Both the position numbers and the translations under genes were made by a program. Below the pieces are notes generated by a model, which searched no databases, had not been told where the DNA came from, and saw only the letters and a program-made list of their open reading frames with translations. From the NCBI GenBank assembly GCA_030704615.1, contig CM060732.1, positions 60,884,001-60,948,000 of the forward strand: 64,000 nt of DNA. The letters are read 5' to 3'. Shown piece by piece: positions 23,643 to 36,400 of the stretch. This DNA is from Takakia lepidozioides (lineage: Eukaryota; Plantae; Bryophyta). Every line of letters starts with the position of its first letter. Within the stretch, counting starts at the first letter, position 1.

Positions 23643-26640
23643 TCATCTCCATTCTGTAAAATTGGGGTTCTGGTGTCCCAGCAGTACCCTCTTTGGTTTT
23701 CCCTGTTCTTTGCTGGTGCAGTCTGTGTCCATTCCCCACGGGTGGCTGTAGAGCTGAGAAAGAAGCTTGGCTTGCTCAGTAAGCAGCCCTACTTCGTACT
23801 TGACTTTGGAAGCTTTGAGACCTTTGGCAGAACCGTCAGTGGGTTCAGAGTTTTCTTGGTAGAGGCTGTATCCACTGGGGGCGCTCTTGCTCACTGTATT
23901 ATCTTCCAACTCTTTTGTGGGAATTCTTTCATCATTTGGGACAAGATTTTTACTTGTGGAGACACGTGAGACCTCAACCCTGATTTCTCGAGCATCCCAG
24001 TCAGCCAACAATTGTCTCTCATAGCGTTTGATCTGCCAGTCATATCACATGGAATGAGATCCGTTCAAAGACTTTGCACTCAGAAAGTATTCAACATTGA
24101 ATGCCCTAATGGGAGGAGAAATAGTCTATAAGTTCTAGACATTGGAACAGTGGTTGAACTAGGGTGTGGAACTAAAGGGACAGGAAGAGGGGAAGGAATG
24201 CAGGGATAGACCTCTTCACGTAGCTCCTGCATTTGTCGTGTCAGATCCTCATTCATACGTCGCAATCGGCTTGTCTGCAGGTTTCCCTCCCTAGATGAGA
24301 TTCTCAGAGCCTGCAGTCTCGTCAGAAAATTGCCATAGCTTTCGCAAAGGAGGATAGAGAAGTCATGGCCTAATAAGAACTGTCATTTGTCCACCATGTG
24401 ATCACGAGTTGTTTACCTGTCTACTCACCGGACCTTTTGGTTAGTTCATTAAGGCTTAGCAGGTTTCTTCCACCTAGAACCTAAGAATGCCTTCTGGTCT
24501 GTAGTCAAAACCAAAGTGGATACCTGTTATGCAGGAACAATTTTTAGCCAAAATTACAGAAAAGAGAACAAAAAAGCGAAGTGCTCAGGAAGATGCTGTG
24601 GCTGCTTTAAACTACATACACTACCCCATATACTACAGACTTGCTTTGCGAGTTTGAGCTGCTGTAAAAACAGCTGAAAGGTTGGTTAGCACTGTACTGA
24701 ACAGAAAAGAAAATTAAAACAAATTATAATGGACCGTAAGACGCCAGCGCCGCTCTTTGTCATGGTGCTCATCTTGCTCTCTGGCAAGCCTCTCCTTCAA
24801 TTCATCCACTTCCTTGCGCTGCACAGCTGGTGGCCCAAGCATGGCACGTGATCGGGTCTCCAGCATCTGCTTTTCCTTCTTCAGTTTCTGCATCTGCGAA
24901 AGTCACAGACAGACATCTAGAAAGGTAGAGAGGAGCTTGTACCTCCAACCACATGCCTCACAGAGAAGATTGACCATCACAAACATTTAGAGCAAGTCGG
25001 AAAGAAGACACAAGCTGTGAAAAGCAAGAGATGGGAAAAAACTCCTCCGGGTGATCATGGAAAGCTAATAGAGATGGCAGAGCTGTACAAACAGGAACGT
25101 CACAGAGAAAATTTAGGAATAAGACAAAAAGAAATTGGAACAATGTTTTGCGACATACTTGCTCTTCTTGGTCAGCACGCAAAGCCTGCAAATGGGTCTC
25201 TTTTTGGTGCTCCCATTCTGCCTTCTCTCGGGCCAGCCTCACCAAGCTCTCCTCATTCTCCTGTGAGGCATTGACCCATTCAGGTATGAAGCAGAAATAT
25301 ATGCACTTCGCCGCTCTCTCCTTACCCCAACCTACCTGGCTCCCTTAGAGCCTGGGCGAAGAAGTTCTTATTTAAATTGCACAGGAGACCCAGAGGTAAA
25401 TTCAACATGTTGGTCTTATGCCTACTTAGTCACACTGACACATAACAACATCATAACGTGACGAAGATTAGAGGTATAGCACTAAAGCTGGACATCGTTG
25501 AGGTCTCTTACAATTCTCGTATTTTCCACTGTAGGAGAATAGGACACTTTCAAATGGCAACAGACCTGATTGTAATCCTTTTAGCAGCACATCAAGATGG
25601 GCCTAAACTATATGATTTGATGCACATTACCCGACCTTGGCCAGCCTCTCGAGTCTCTTATTCTCTTTCTTGAAACAAAAAATCTCAGCCTCCAAAGCTT
25701 CCACTTTCTTGCTTAGGATATCTTCATGTTCTTCGTGGACCTCTGTTTCTGTGGTTCCTAGCACGCGCTTAGGCCTTGTTTTCACGTTTGCGTTTGCTTC
25801 CATTCCATTGGTTTGCTCACTGGCAACCATGCGCTTCTTTCGGACACCAAAAAATGACCGAACCAATGATGAGACTGGCTCCCCAGGAGGCTCCATTGAT
25901 GGGCATGTGACCGAAGGACTCTCTCTGGTTGGAGCGCCCTGCATGGGAGAGTTGAGTGTTGTGGAAAGTGGCCACCTATTTGCAAAATTTCCTTCTCCAC
26001 TTAAAGAATGGTAGGAGCTTGTGATTTGTTCTCTATCATGGAAATGAAGAAGTTTTCTGTTAATGTGACTCGAAAGAATGATTCACATGTGTTTGCACAG
26101 CTGATCTTAGAAAATTTGGATCAGACCTCGGAGTAATCCTCACACCAGTGGTCGTCATCATCAAAATCATTAAACTCACTGCCTCCCAAGCTGTGTGAAA
26201 GGTCTTGGATGTTGCTCTCTTTCTTGCTCCCATCAGCCTGCAGTGTTTCCTTGTTTGAAGTATCCTTCTGAGTTCCAGACAAAGGGGAGGTTGTAGCCTC
26301 AGGGCCCTGGCTTCCGAGTGCATTCCACAGCTGTCTCTCCAAAACCTGAAATTCTGCAAATATTCATACAAATTGTGAGAGAGTGCTTCCAGAGCAATGA
26401 TGACAATCCCCCGAGACATAGTAATATCCATTTACCTTTTTCAATAGTTCAATAGTTTTCCGTTCTCTATCCTTGTGCACTTTGGGCTCGGCGGGGGAGG
26501 GTGAGGGATGGAGACCTTCCAACTCAAGAGCCTCCAGCAGCTTCTCAGTGTTTGATGAAGACTCGCTTGTGCGCCTTCCCTGGAGATTGTGAGCCTTGAC
26601 GCGGGGACCTTCCCAACTACTCTCGCTTCTAAACTGCCTG
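23643..26640 (-). CDS. SAS-4/CPAP/CENPJ-like centriolar coiled-coil protein; exons ~26636-26436, 26345-26127, 25938-25636, 25260-25159, 24893-24735, 24274-24212, 24032-23643 (5' end uncertain)
   Basis: The spliced product ..QEEQMQKLKKEKQMLETRSRAML..RKEVDELKERLAREQDEHHDKERRWRLTTSRLRRMNEDLTRQMQELREEIKRYERQLLADW parallels the CPAP coiled coil (EEMRKLQKERKVFEK..REEIQTLK..KETKW..RLR....DLREEIK.MER..LDAW). All introns are GT-AG, phase 0. Confidence 0.62.
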
Positions 26641-27470
26641 TTCCATTGACGAAGTTAGTTTTTCAACATATCTACGACTCAATGTCAGCTAGTTATGGCC
26701 AGTAGAACCACATACTTCCAAGTTTCCCTGAAAAGTTCTACTTCCGCAGATGCCACTCACCTGCGACTCCACAATTTGGTAGATTACAACCTGTTTACAG
26801 AAAGCATTGTTCCACATCTCCCAAGCCTCATCAAGTACAGCCTCCACGGCTGTCAACGTCTGAGGCAGACAAACGATTTCATACCTTGTGCGCGATTCCA
26901 TTCCTTCGAAATTTTCGAAATTTTATTCTATGAGATCATCAAAGCGGAACCAAGTGTTTCTCTCTCGAGCGAGAGACGCAAGAAGAGCCAACGCGCGTGG
27001 AAGCCAGCGTTTTTTTTCTTGGCGAATTTTCGACCTCAGGAAAACAAATGAAATATTCTGTCGCAAATTCCCTGTTTTTTCATGGATGAAATCGCCAAAT
27101 TTCTCCAATTCGCCAAATATGGATGATATAAATGGATTTATGTACGGACATGGATGATTCTGTCCTAATTTGAATGGATGAACAAAATGTATGGCTATTT
27201 TTTGCCAAACTCTGTAGCCACTTGCGCTTTTTTCAAATTCCAGAGAAAAAATTCACTGGTGGTGTTCTTCTTGGCATGTCTCTTTTCGTATACATGCACG
27301 TGGCGTCCGGTCCGGAAGGCCACATCCTGGCAGTCAAAATACAAAGGGTGAAACGACAAAGGGCGTTACGACTAGGGGCAACTCTTTTGATACTCCACAC
27401 GTGCTCCCACCAAAATAGCTATGACCCGCACACACACGGTGGTGTGTGGGGGGATCTCTCCTCCGTAGAA

Positions 27471-30400
27471 ATGCTGCGGAGATGTGTTCCTCGGGTACTG
27501 GCGATGGCTGCCGCTGCATCGGCAGTTTCTGCAGTGTCTGTGTCTGCAGCGATGTCTCTGACACCAACATCACCTTTCCCGTGCTCCAGAGCCCCGTGGT
27601 CTCCTCCCTCCTCGGCGGCGGGGTTATGGCCGGCCGATCGTGGTCCCTTGGCTGGTGTTTGGCTGGGTTTCCAGAGCTTGCTCCGCTCTTCGCGTGCAAT
27701 CTACACGGTGCTTGTTTCTTACCCTTGAAGGTCGAATTTGGAAGCAAATTTGTCTTGAATTTCCGCTGCTCCTCCTCTCTGTTTGGATTTTGCATTTTTT
27801 AGGTGGTTTTTTTTAATTTGTTTTTGCTTGATTTTTTTCTTCATACCACACCTTGTTTCAGCTATTACCGCTCATTTACTAAGACATGGATTTGTCCAAT
27901 CCTATGTGGTATTTGACGGGAGAATTGAGCACGAGCTGAAGACAGCAATGCATTTTCATTTAATGTTTAGATGTTTCCTTGTGGAAACAATGATCGTTGG
28001 TTTCCGATTACAGTCAATGTCCTCTCAAAAGCATTCCAAGCTTTTACATCATCCATGGAGCTTTTAGCGATTAGCCACAAGGTTGTGAAGAGATGGTGAG
28101 TATAAACGGCTCTGGTCAAGTTGACTCTGGACAACGATAAGTTCTCGCAAGTGAAGTTTCTGCCGAAGAAAATTCCCAAGTAATTGCCACATAGACGCAG
28201 CACCCATGTAAACAAAACGTAGGCATTCTGTAAACTACTAATAAGGATTTATTGCACTGGTACTGGAAGTAGGGTTCTTTGTATCTTTGAAGGCAGTGTC
28301 AGGGTTTAGGGTTTATATATGGTCGGTAAACCACGAGGACAAGATGATGCAACTGAAGGTACAGAAATTCGAGGGTGGATGATAATATGTCCTAGGTATA
28401 TGATTGTCATACTGTATAAACTCCCAATTACCTCCCCTAGGTCTCTCTCATGCCATATTCTTGTGTGATGATAACTCATTTGATATGAAGAGAGATGATT
28501 GTATTGAAGAGGGAGAAGGCGAGTGGAGTCCTGCTTGGATTTTGACATATAATTTTCCTAGGAAAACACATTTTGGTTGTGCGAATACTGTGTGTTATTA
28601 GCATCTCAGTTGCAGATCTATATGTCAACTACTTTGGTAACCAGTAGCAGGATTGGGGTGTTCATTTACAGTTTTCTGTCAACAGCCTTGACTACAAGAT
28701 TTCAGTATTGAAGTATGATGTGCAATCTGAACAGTACTTTGAGATACTCTCCAAGGTCAGTATCTTTCCTATGTCCAAGGCTCTGAAACTGGAGACCTTT
28801 AATGTTCTTTATTTTGCTAGAGAAAAAAGAAAGGAACTTCATGATGTCCACAGGGGGCCCTCAGGGCTCATAGAAATGGAGGAACAACCAAAGAGAGACG
28901 TTAGAGACTCAGAGAAGAAAGAATGAAACCTGTCAAACGTCCACAGCGGGTCAAAGCCCAAAGAGTCCAAACGGTGTACTGACTGTCTGTTTGATGTTTA
29001 CATAAGGTCCTCTCATTGACTAGTGTACCATTCCAAGGCGTCAACATTTTATCATTATGCAGAGAGAATGGACATGTGTATCCCTTGTCTCCCTTGTCTC
29101 CCAAAAAAAGATACACAGAAACAAGGGAAAAGGAACTCATTATGTCCGCGGGAGGCCTGAAGAGACACAAGTAGAGGAACATAATAGTAGAACCATAGTA
29201 GAAAGAAAGAAAGCTTTTAAAGAGCAAGCTAAAAGAGTTTAATGTTCAGTGAGTTACAGAGATACAGCTCTAGGGAGAGATTCTTTCACGTTCATAGTGA
29301 TAGAAGAAAAAGAAAAAGGTTTCTATCCGTGAGAAGACAGAGGTAGAGAATTGCTTTGCCTTTGTGGAAATGACTGATGATTTTGCGCTCAACTTGGTGA
29401 ATGAACAACTAGCAAATTTAGTTGTCAAAACTGCTGTGGTAGTGCAGGTTCACGCACGAGCAGCTAAGCGGATTTTGGAGCTCTGTGAGACTAATGGAGG
29501 AATCTACATAAAAGCTGGGCAATTCATTGCTTCAATGCAGCACATGCCCAAGGAATTTGTGTCCACGCTGTCTGTACTGCAAGATAAGGTGATGTGATTT
29601 CCTTCTGTAATGTCTGCTTGCTGAGGCTCTGAGGTAACCATCAAGGCCTAGTATCAGGCATACTACTCAGCCCGTCAATGCCTGTGGAGGGATATATCCC
29701 ACCAAGGCATGAACTTCTAGTAAATTGCAAATGGTTGCGCATATCTGATGGGGATTTGGTCATATCTTTGGTTTTACAGTGTGGAATCCAGCTCTGGTTG
29801 AGCACGGTCCATAGTTTTGGCCCAACAAAGGAAACTGAGAGAACTTATTGTGGTCTTGTGTGTGACAGGCAAGCTTCTGGCACTTCCGATTGATGGAGCA
29901 AGTCTTTCTGGAGGAATTTGGCAAAAATGTTTCAGAATTGTAAGCTTATGCCTTTTGGATCTATGTCTCAATGCCTCTGTTTGTGCATTGCAATAGGTGT
30001 GTGACGAGGTTGGCGATCTTGTTTGTCTGAATTTAATGTCTAAAACCACTTTCTGAATTGGAATCCCTTCTAACATTCCCCAAATTTTACCTAACCGTTT
30101 CATTGGATATCAGAGTTTCAAACTTGTGAACCAATATCCTGCTGGTGCCTTTTGCAATACCCCTTGTCTCATAACTGTCTCTTTAACCTCCATCAAGGTG
30201 AGGGAGGAACCTGAATTTGTGCACTCTGTACCTTAGGTGTAAGGCAGAGCATAAACAGGAAAAGGACAAAGCAGATACGTGAAAGGATATTATATCATTA
30301 TCATGAGGGGGAGAATGTCTTAAAAGCTTTTACATTAATTAAAGTTTTCACTTGCAAGGTCTCTGTACCCAACAGCACATGAATGCTGCCCCTATGGTGC

Positions 30401-33400
30401 CAGACTTCATGCTAAAAAAGTACTCATGGTGTGGGTGGCAACAGATATGAGGAGTTTGATGAGGAGCCAATTGCAGCAGCCTCACTGGCCCAGGTGCACC
30501 ATGCAGTGCTGAAGAATGGGCAAGAAGTTGCAGTTAAGGTGTGCTTTTCCACTTTACTAAATTTCTTAAAATAAGTACAGAATGGCTGTCTGTTCAAGGA
30601 CCATGACGCTCTCCAGCCTGGATGTTGGCTATATGCGGTGAAGCCTGCCAGGGCATGTGTGCTTACTCCTTTTGCATAATTGCCCTTACAGATTCGACAG
30701 CCTACAACCCTCGACCCTGCTCAACAGCGTTTTGTTGACTTAATGGTGATGCTTCTTGGCGAATGTCAGGCTTAGATATGTTGGCCAGGATACTGTTTCA
30801 TTAGCGTGAGTTTTATTCCATCTCAACTCTCGGGGAACTCATGGATGGTTGACCAGGTGCAATACCCGGGATTGCAACAGCAATTCGAAATTGATATTGC
30901 GACTATGGCGTTTCTTTCGAAGGCGATTGCCTGGGTAGACCTCAACAACAAGTCTATTTTGATCAGGGCTAATAGAAGATCTTAGACGAAATAGTGATAT
31001 CTGTGTCAATACAGTCCCAAGGACCATGGCAACTCCTTGGACGTCATCTTTGTGTAAGCCACGTAGTGATGACCATACACAGGTTAGACTGTGGTTTTAT
31101 TTTGTTTTGTTGTTTACCCTTCATGCAGGTAGTTTGTTTGGTGGCTTGCTTTGAAGCTTTAGTGCTAGTTGGACTGTGATTGCTGAAGGTGGATTGGATA
31201 ACCATTGCAACTCTTGTCATGCATCAATGAGTGTTACATAATCTTTGCACTGTTCCACAGTCTGCCCTTAGGTCCTTGCTGGCATTATGATTCATATTTG
31301 TTCTGCTTTTTAAATATGCAGTTGTTCCCGGATTATCAATTTGAGTGGATCGTGCCAGAGTTCAAGGAAACTCTGTCAAGAGAGCTTGGTATGTTCATCA
31401 GATGTTTTGCAGAGTTTGGGGGAGGCAGCCTAATTGCAATCCCGTATGTAGGTGTGTGTGTCTCTCTGTTTCTTCTCTCTCCTCTTGTTCCCTGTCTCAA
31501 GTGCCAACCATGGTTTATTTTTGGTTGAGTTTTCATTTCTCTAAAGCCACAAGTAAGTCTGGGTCCTTGTCACAGATTTTGTACAGGAGGCAAACAATGC
31601 AGAGCGGACGGCAAAAAGTTTTACACACAAGATGGGTGTCAGCATTCCAAGAGTTTTCCGGGTATGGAGCATGGGTGTTTGCTGGTATATGCTGAGTGTA
31701 CGGGATGATGGATCTCATAGTCCGGAAAATAAAAGACAGACTAAACATGTGAGGAAGACCAAAAGGGACGCAAGATTTTGAAGACAAATTGACAGATACT
31801 CTCAGTGAAATAGTCAGGGAACTGGGGACCAGCTTGATTGTCTTCGCCGCAGAAGAGTGGAGTCTGTTGGAAATAGCCTATAAGAATACTGGTTCATGTA
31901 GGTAGCTCTCTTGGATTAAGCTCAGAGAAAACAGGTAAACAGTCCTCCGTCCTCAGAGTTTGTTGGACATGATTTACAATAGAGGAGGTTAATGGAGGGA
32001 GAGGTTATCCCCCTGGACGTTGTGACCTTCGATTATGTCATAAGTTAATTCTGGCCAGTCTGTGATCACTTTTGTGCAGGAGTTGACAACAAAGCGGGTC
32101 TTGACCATGGAATTTATGAAGGGATGCAAGGTCATTCCTACCATACTCACCTGTGGAGGTGGAGGTTTTTTGGCGCATGAAATTTCAAGAAAGTATCTCA
32201 CAAGATAGATTGCGTGTTGTGGGGATAAACCTCGCTCTTCATTTGGATGGAGGAGGAAGAGACGGATGGAGAGTGTTGAGGATGAGTGGAAAGTGGGGCA
32301 GGCAACTGCTAGGGCTGAAGGCTGGTTTACAGTACTAGAAGTCACCCCTGTGCATGAAACCCACACTGGCCTTCCACAGAGATGAACATAGACAGTTACA
32401 GAATGAGAAGGAGAGAGGTAAAGAAGGGAGGGAAAGGTGGATGAAAGGGGGACAGGTAGGGCAATCTGTTTGATGGCGCTATACTTGTGGGTGCAGGTTG
32501 ATGATGTGAAAAGTTTGGAGAGAGCAGGCATAGATCCTCTGGAGGTGGGTGATACTGAGCTTTAGGGCTGTAATTGAAAGTAGTCCTCCTCTCTGCTAGA
32601 CAGTGTCCTTACCCCTGGTTTTCTCATTCTCTCTGGGTCTCCACATAACCAGTTGAATTTTCCTTAATTCTGTCTAAGGCATGGAGTTTTTTCCATACTT
32701 TCTATCTCTCCATAGTGGGCGGTGGTGGCCTTCAACCATCATGGGGAGGGAGGAGGGGATCTCAAATGGACATGGGGCACTACACTGCTACTTTACCACT
32801 CGGAAAGTAAGAAGTGGCATATTTTGGTGTTCAAATTTCCGCTGCAGAGGGATTAATACTGAAGTTAAAGGGACCCTGCTTTGCACCCATGCTAAAATGT
32901 TAGATCCATTCAGCTTTCTGTGCTCAAAGAGGGCATGTCAGCGTGCTCTAGAACAGCTAACGTGGCTCTTCGGGGCGAGTTTGGTGTACTGCCCCTTGAG
33001 CTCTCAATGTGATGAGTTCAAGGTCAGATGGTGGTGGGGTCAGTTGAATCGCATGCCTAATACCAGATACCATAAGATGAACAACTCTATTTCTTGGAAG
33101 CAAGACCGTCCTGTTAAACAGGCTAAGTCCTGGTGGAAAAGGGTAGAGGAGATTTTACCTGGATATTAGGCAGGCTGACTTGGAGGCTGAAGTGTCTAAG
33201 GCCATGTCAGAAGCACGAAGAATGACCGAACAAAATGAAGTTAGGCGTAAAGCTTCCCTGAACTTGTTTCCAGTTTGTGACATGGGTGAGGACCTTAAGG
33301 ATTACCTGAAGGGCCTACCTACCCTGGGCACTAGACTGAAATTTAATCTCAGGGCGGGGAGCATGCCTTTGAAGAATAAACAGATGCAGAGAGGAAAGGG

Positions 33401-36400
33401 AGATTGTTAATGCCTGATGTGTGGGTGGCCTGTAGACAATATCTATTTTCTGATGCAATGTCCGGGAGAGCGACCCTCTTCAGAACCATCAAGAACATAG
33501 TCTCTGCACCTCTGTTCACCAACTCTCAAAATCAGAGGCTGAGCCTAAAGCCCTGGCCCCTGTTGAGGACTAATTGCTGGGCAGCTCTCACAAAGCAGAT
33601 TGATGCTTGTGTGAAGGCTTTTCTACAGGAAATTGTTTGTATCAAGCTAAGTCCCACTACTGGAGTGAGCCCCTCACAAAGGTAGTGTCTGTTCCTCTTG
33701 TTTCGCCCAAAGTGGGCGCAAGATCTATGGCCACAAGGCTACGCCAAAGCTCTTATGAGTACATTCTCTCTCTCCCTCCCTCCCTTTTCTTCTCTGTCCC
33801 ATAAGCTCTTTGCCCTCCACCTTATTTCATTATGGGATACATCTTTTGGAAGTGGCCTTTCGAATCACTTGTTCACTTCCACAGTACTGTGTTTGAGATC
33901 TGGGGGCCTGTCCTCACAGACGTGGACAAGACCACATGAAAGCATTGCTAATCTCCTGTCTTGCAATATTGATTTAGACATGGAGCAAACATCTGGTAAA
34001 TTTCTCTCAGCAGAGTCTGCAGGACGTACTCTCGGTCATTATCTTCATTGGACAGGCTCGAATTGCTAGCAGCCATCATCTCTTGTTCTCCTTTTCCTGT
34101 TTATTATGAGATTAGAGGGAATACTACAGTTTGTTCAGAGTCTGCCCATCTCTGTCGGAGTCTTTCCCTCCTCACCTGTTCAGATTTTCGACTGAACGGA
34201 CGCAAAAAACGGGCAGGTGGCAACTCTACTGGTGGAGGTTTTTGCAGAGATGATATTCTGCCATGGATATGTGCATGGCGATCCTCACCCGGGCAACATC
34301 CTGGTCCACAAGCATCCTTCTCAAATAGGGAAACATAATTTTGATTTAGGTATCCTTTTCAAACTACATCATCATGTCTTTTTATCTTTTTTGTCTCCAG
34401 CAGAATTGGGGGAGGGTATGTTCCTTCTTCAGAAAGAGGGCATTCGAACAGGATCACCAGTAAAGGAAAGGTGTTTCTGATAAAGAAGATTGATAACGGA
34501 ATTCTCTTCTCTTAGTCTCCTTCGTTGAGCAAGTTATCTCCGAGTATGATAAGTGTTCGAGCCATTATATTTTCTGGTTACAGTTCAAGCACAGCAGAGA
34601 ATATTTGTGGGTTGCTATTGAAAATTCTACCACGTGCACTTCTCCTGTCAGGGGACGAGGGTTGGTGTCCACAGAAGCACATTTTTTGCTCACGTTCAAG
34701 AGGGTCGAAGCTGTGAATTTCCAAAGCTGGCAAAAACAATTCCCCGGGATATACTCCTGAGTAGTGGATACGTTGTTTCGTGGAGGGGGACGGTGCAGTA
34801 TTGTTAGATCATGGGCTGTATAGGGAGCTCGAGGAAAAATTTCGCATAAACTATTGCCGGCTATGGAAGGCTCTCATTCTTCTCGACCCCAATGAACTTC
34901 AGGAGGCTGGAAAGCTCTTGGGAGCAGGGGACTACTACCGATATTTTCCTGTCATTTTTACGGGGCGCACTCTCAGCAGGTAACTTCCCATCCAGCCTTT
35001 GTACGCTCATGGAAGCCTCATTTCCTTCTATTAAGTTTGGAAGATGTGGAGAGTTAAAGTATAGTATGTTGCTTCTTAGTCAGACACTCTGACTTGACCT
35101 GTCTTTTTTGTCTATCTTTGTTTTTTCCTTTTCTTGGGTTTCTGTGGTTCTAGAGTGTTGCTCTACTGGTGTCCCTTGGGCCCTTGGCACCTCTTGCAGT
35201 TGTATTTAATTTTATTCTTCTCTCCCTGGGCAGAATATATTTCCTCGGTAAAGAAGTAGGGAATTATCTTCTTTGTTGTCAGGCAACGTTTAAGGTCTTT
35301 TTAGGCCATTCTTGTTTTTGTTCTACTTGTGCTTTGGACCCTCAAAAGCCGTGTAGACGTTGTAAAGTTCTTTTTTCCCTTCCCTTTCTCACAGTGTCTC
35401 CAAACCCTGTTAGCAGTAACTTACCAAGTCTGTTAGAGCTTATTGACTGACCCACCTTGTGTCGGAAATTGGGGTGATTTCCCCTTTAAATTGGTACAGA
35501 AATCCGCACAGAAATCTGGGAGGCCACAACCAATTTCCTTGTTACGGATAAGTCCTCCCTCGAAGCCCTTCTTACACTCTTCCCTTTTTGCTTTGTCCAA
35601 ATCGGACATTGGATCTCTGGCAACATGGTCAATAATCGAAGTATATGGACTAGATCTCTCCTGCTGTGGCTGCCAGTATGGTTATGTTCTATTGACACTA
35701 GTTCCTCTTTTGTGACAAATTTACTGGAACAGCAAATCAGGGCTAGGGCAGTTAATGTCTCCTGAAGAGCAGAAAGCTTTGAAGGAGGAGGTGAGGCGTT
35801 TTACAATGGGTGACATCTCACAGTGGATGGAAGGTCTTCCTCGTGAGTTTCTCACTGTTCTGCGAACCGAGTAAGGGTCCCGCTTAATACTCCTTTGGAT
35901 CTCTCTCCCCCTTTTTCTTTATTTCCCTCTCGCTTCTTCAGTTCTACCTCAGCATAGCTCTTCGTAAGAGCAACAATGCCAAGTTTTGCGCCTGTGGCAG
36001 TTGGAAACCCCCTGTTCCTGACTCTCCTTTTGGATCGCCTCCAAGGGTGTTTGCTTTTGTTGATTCCATGCAAATCTACTCAAAGAAAGTCCTCCTACTA
36101 GATAAGCCATGTTTTGAAGACTTGTTTGTGGGTTGTGGGAAATGATTGTCAGGAAAGTGCCTCCTCTTGAATGAAGCCAAAATGAAATGCAGCATAATCC
36201 TGAGTTGACTCTGCTGCTGCTCAGTCCCCCCCCCCCCGCCCCTGGAGCAAAACTGCCTTCATGCAGTTTTAGGTGCGGTGGGATAAAACCACTTGATGAT
36301 TTTTAATAGGGGTAAGACGTTGGAGGCTGCAACAGGATGGTTGCAAGTCTTCCTGGATTCATTGGAGCTATGCTAGGTTGGAGATGTGGGTTTTTATCGT

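Noticed and set aside
28300-28316. Interstitial telomere (GGGTTTAGGGTTT)
   Set aside because: Under two units; at most a telo-box
30640-30775. HDV-like ribozyme (ends GGCGAATG) in ABC1K intron 5
   Set aside because: A consistent P1/P1.1/P3 double pseudoknot could not be built
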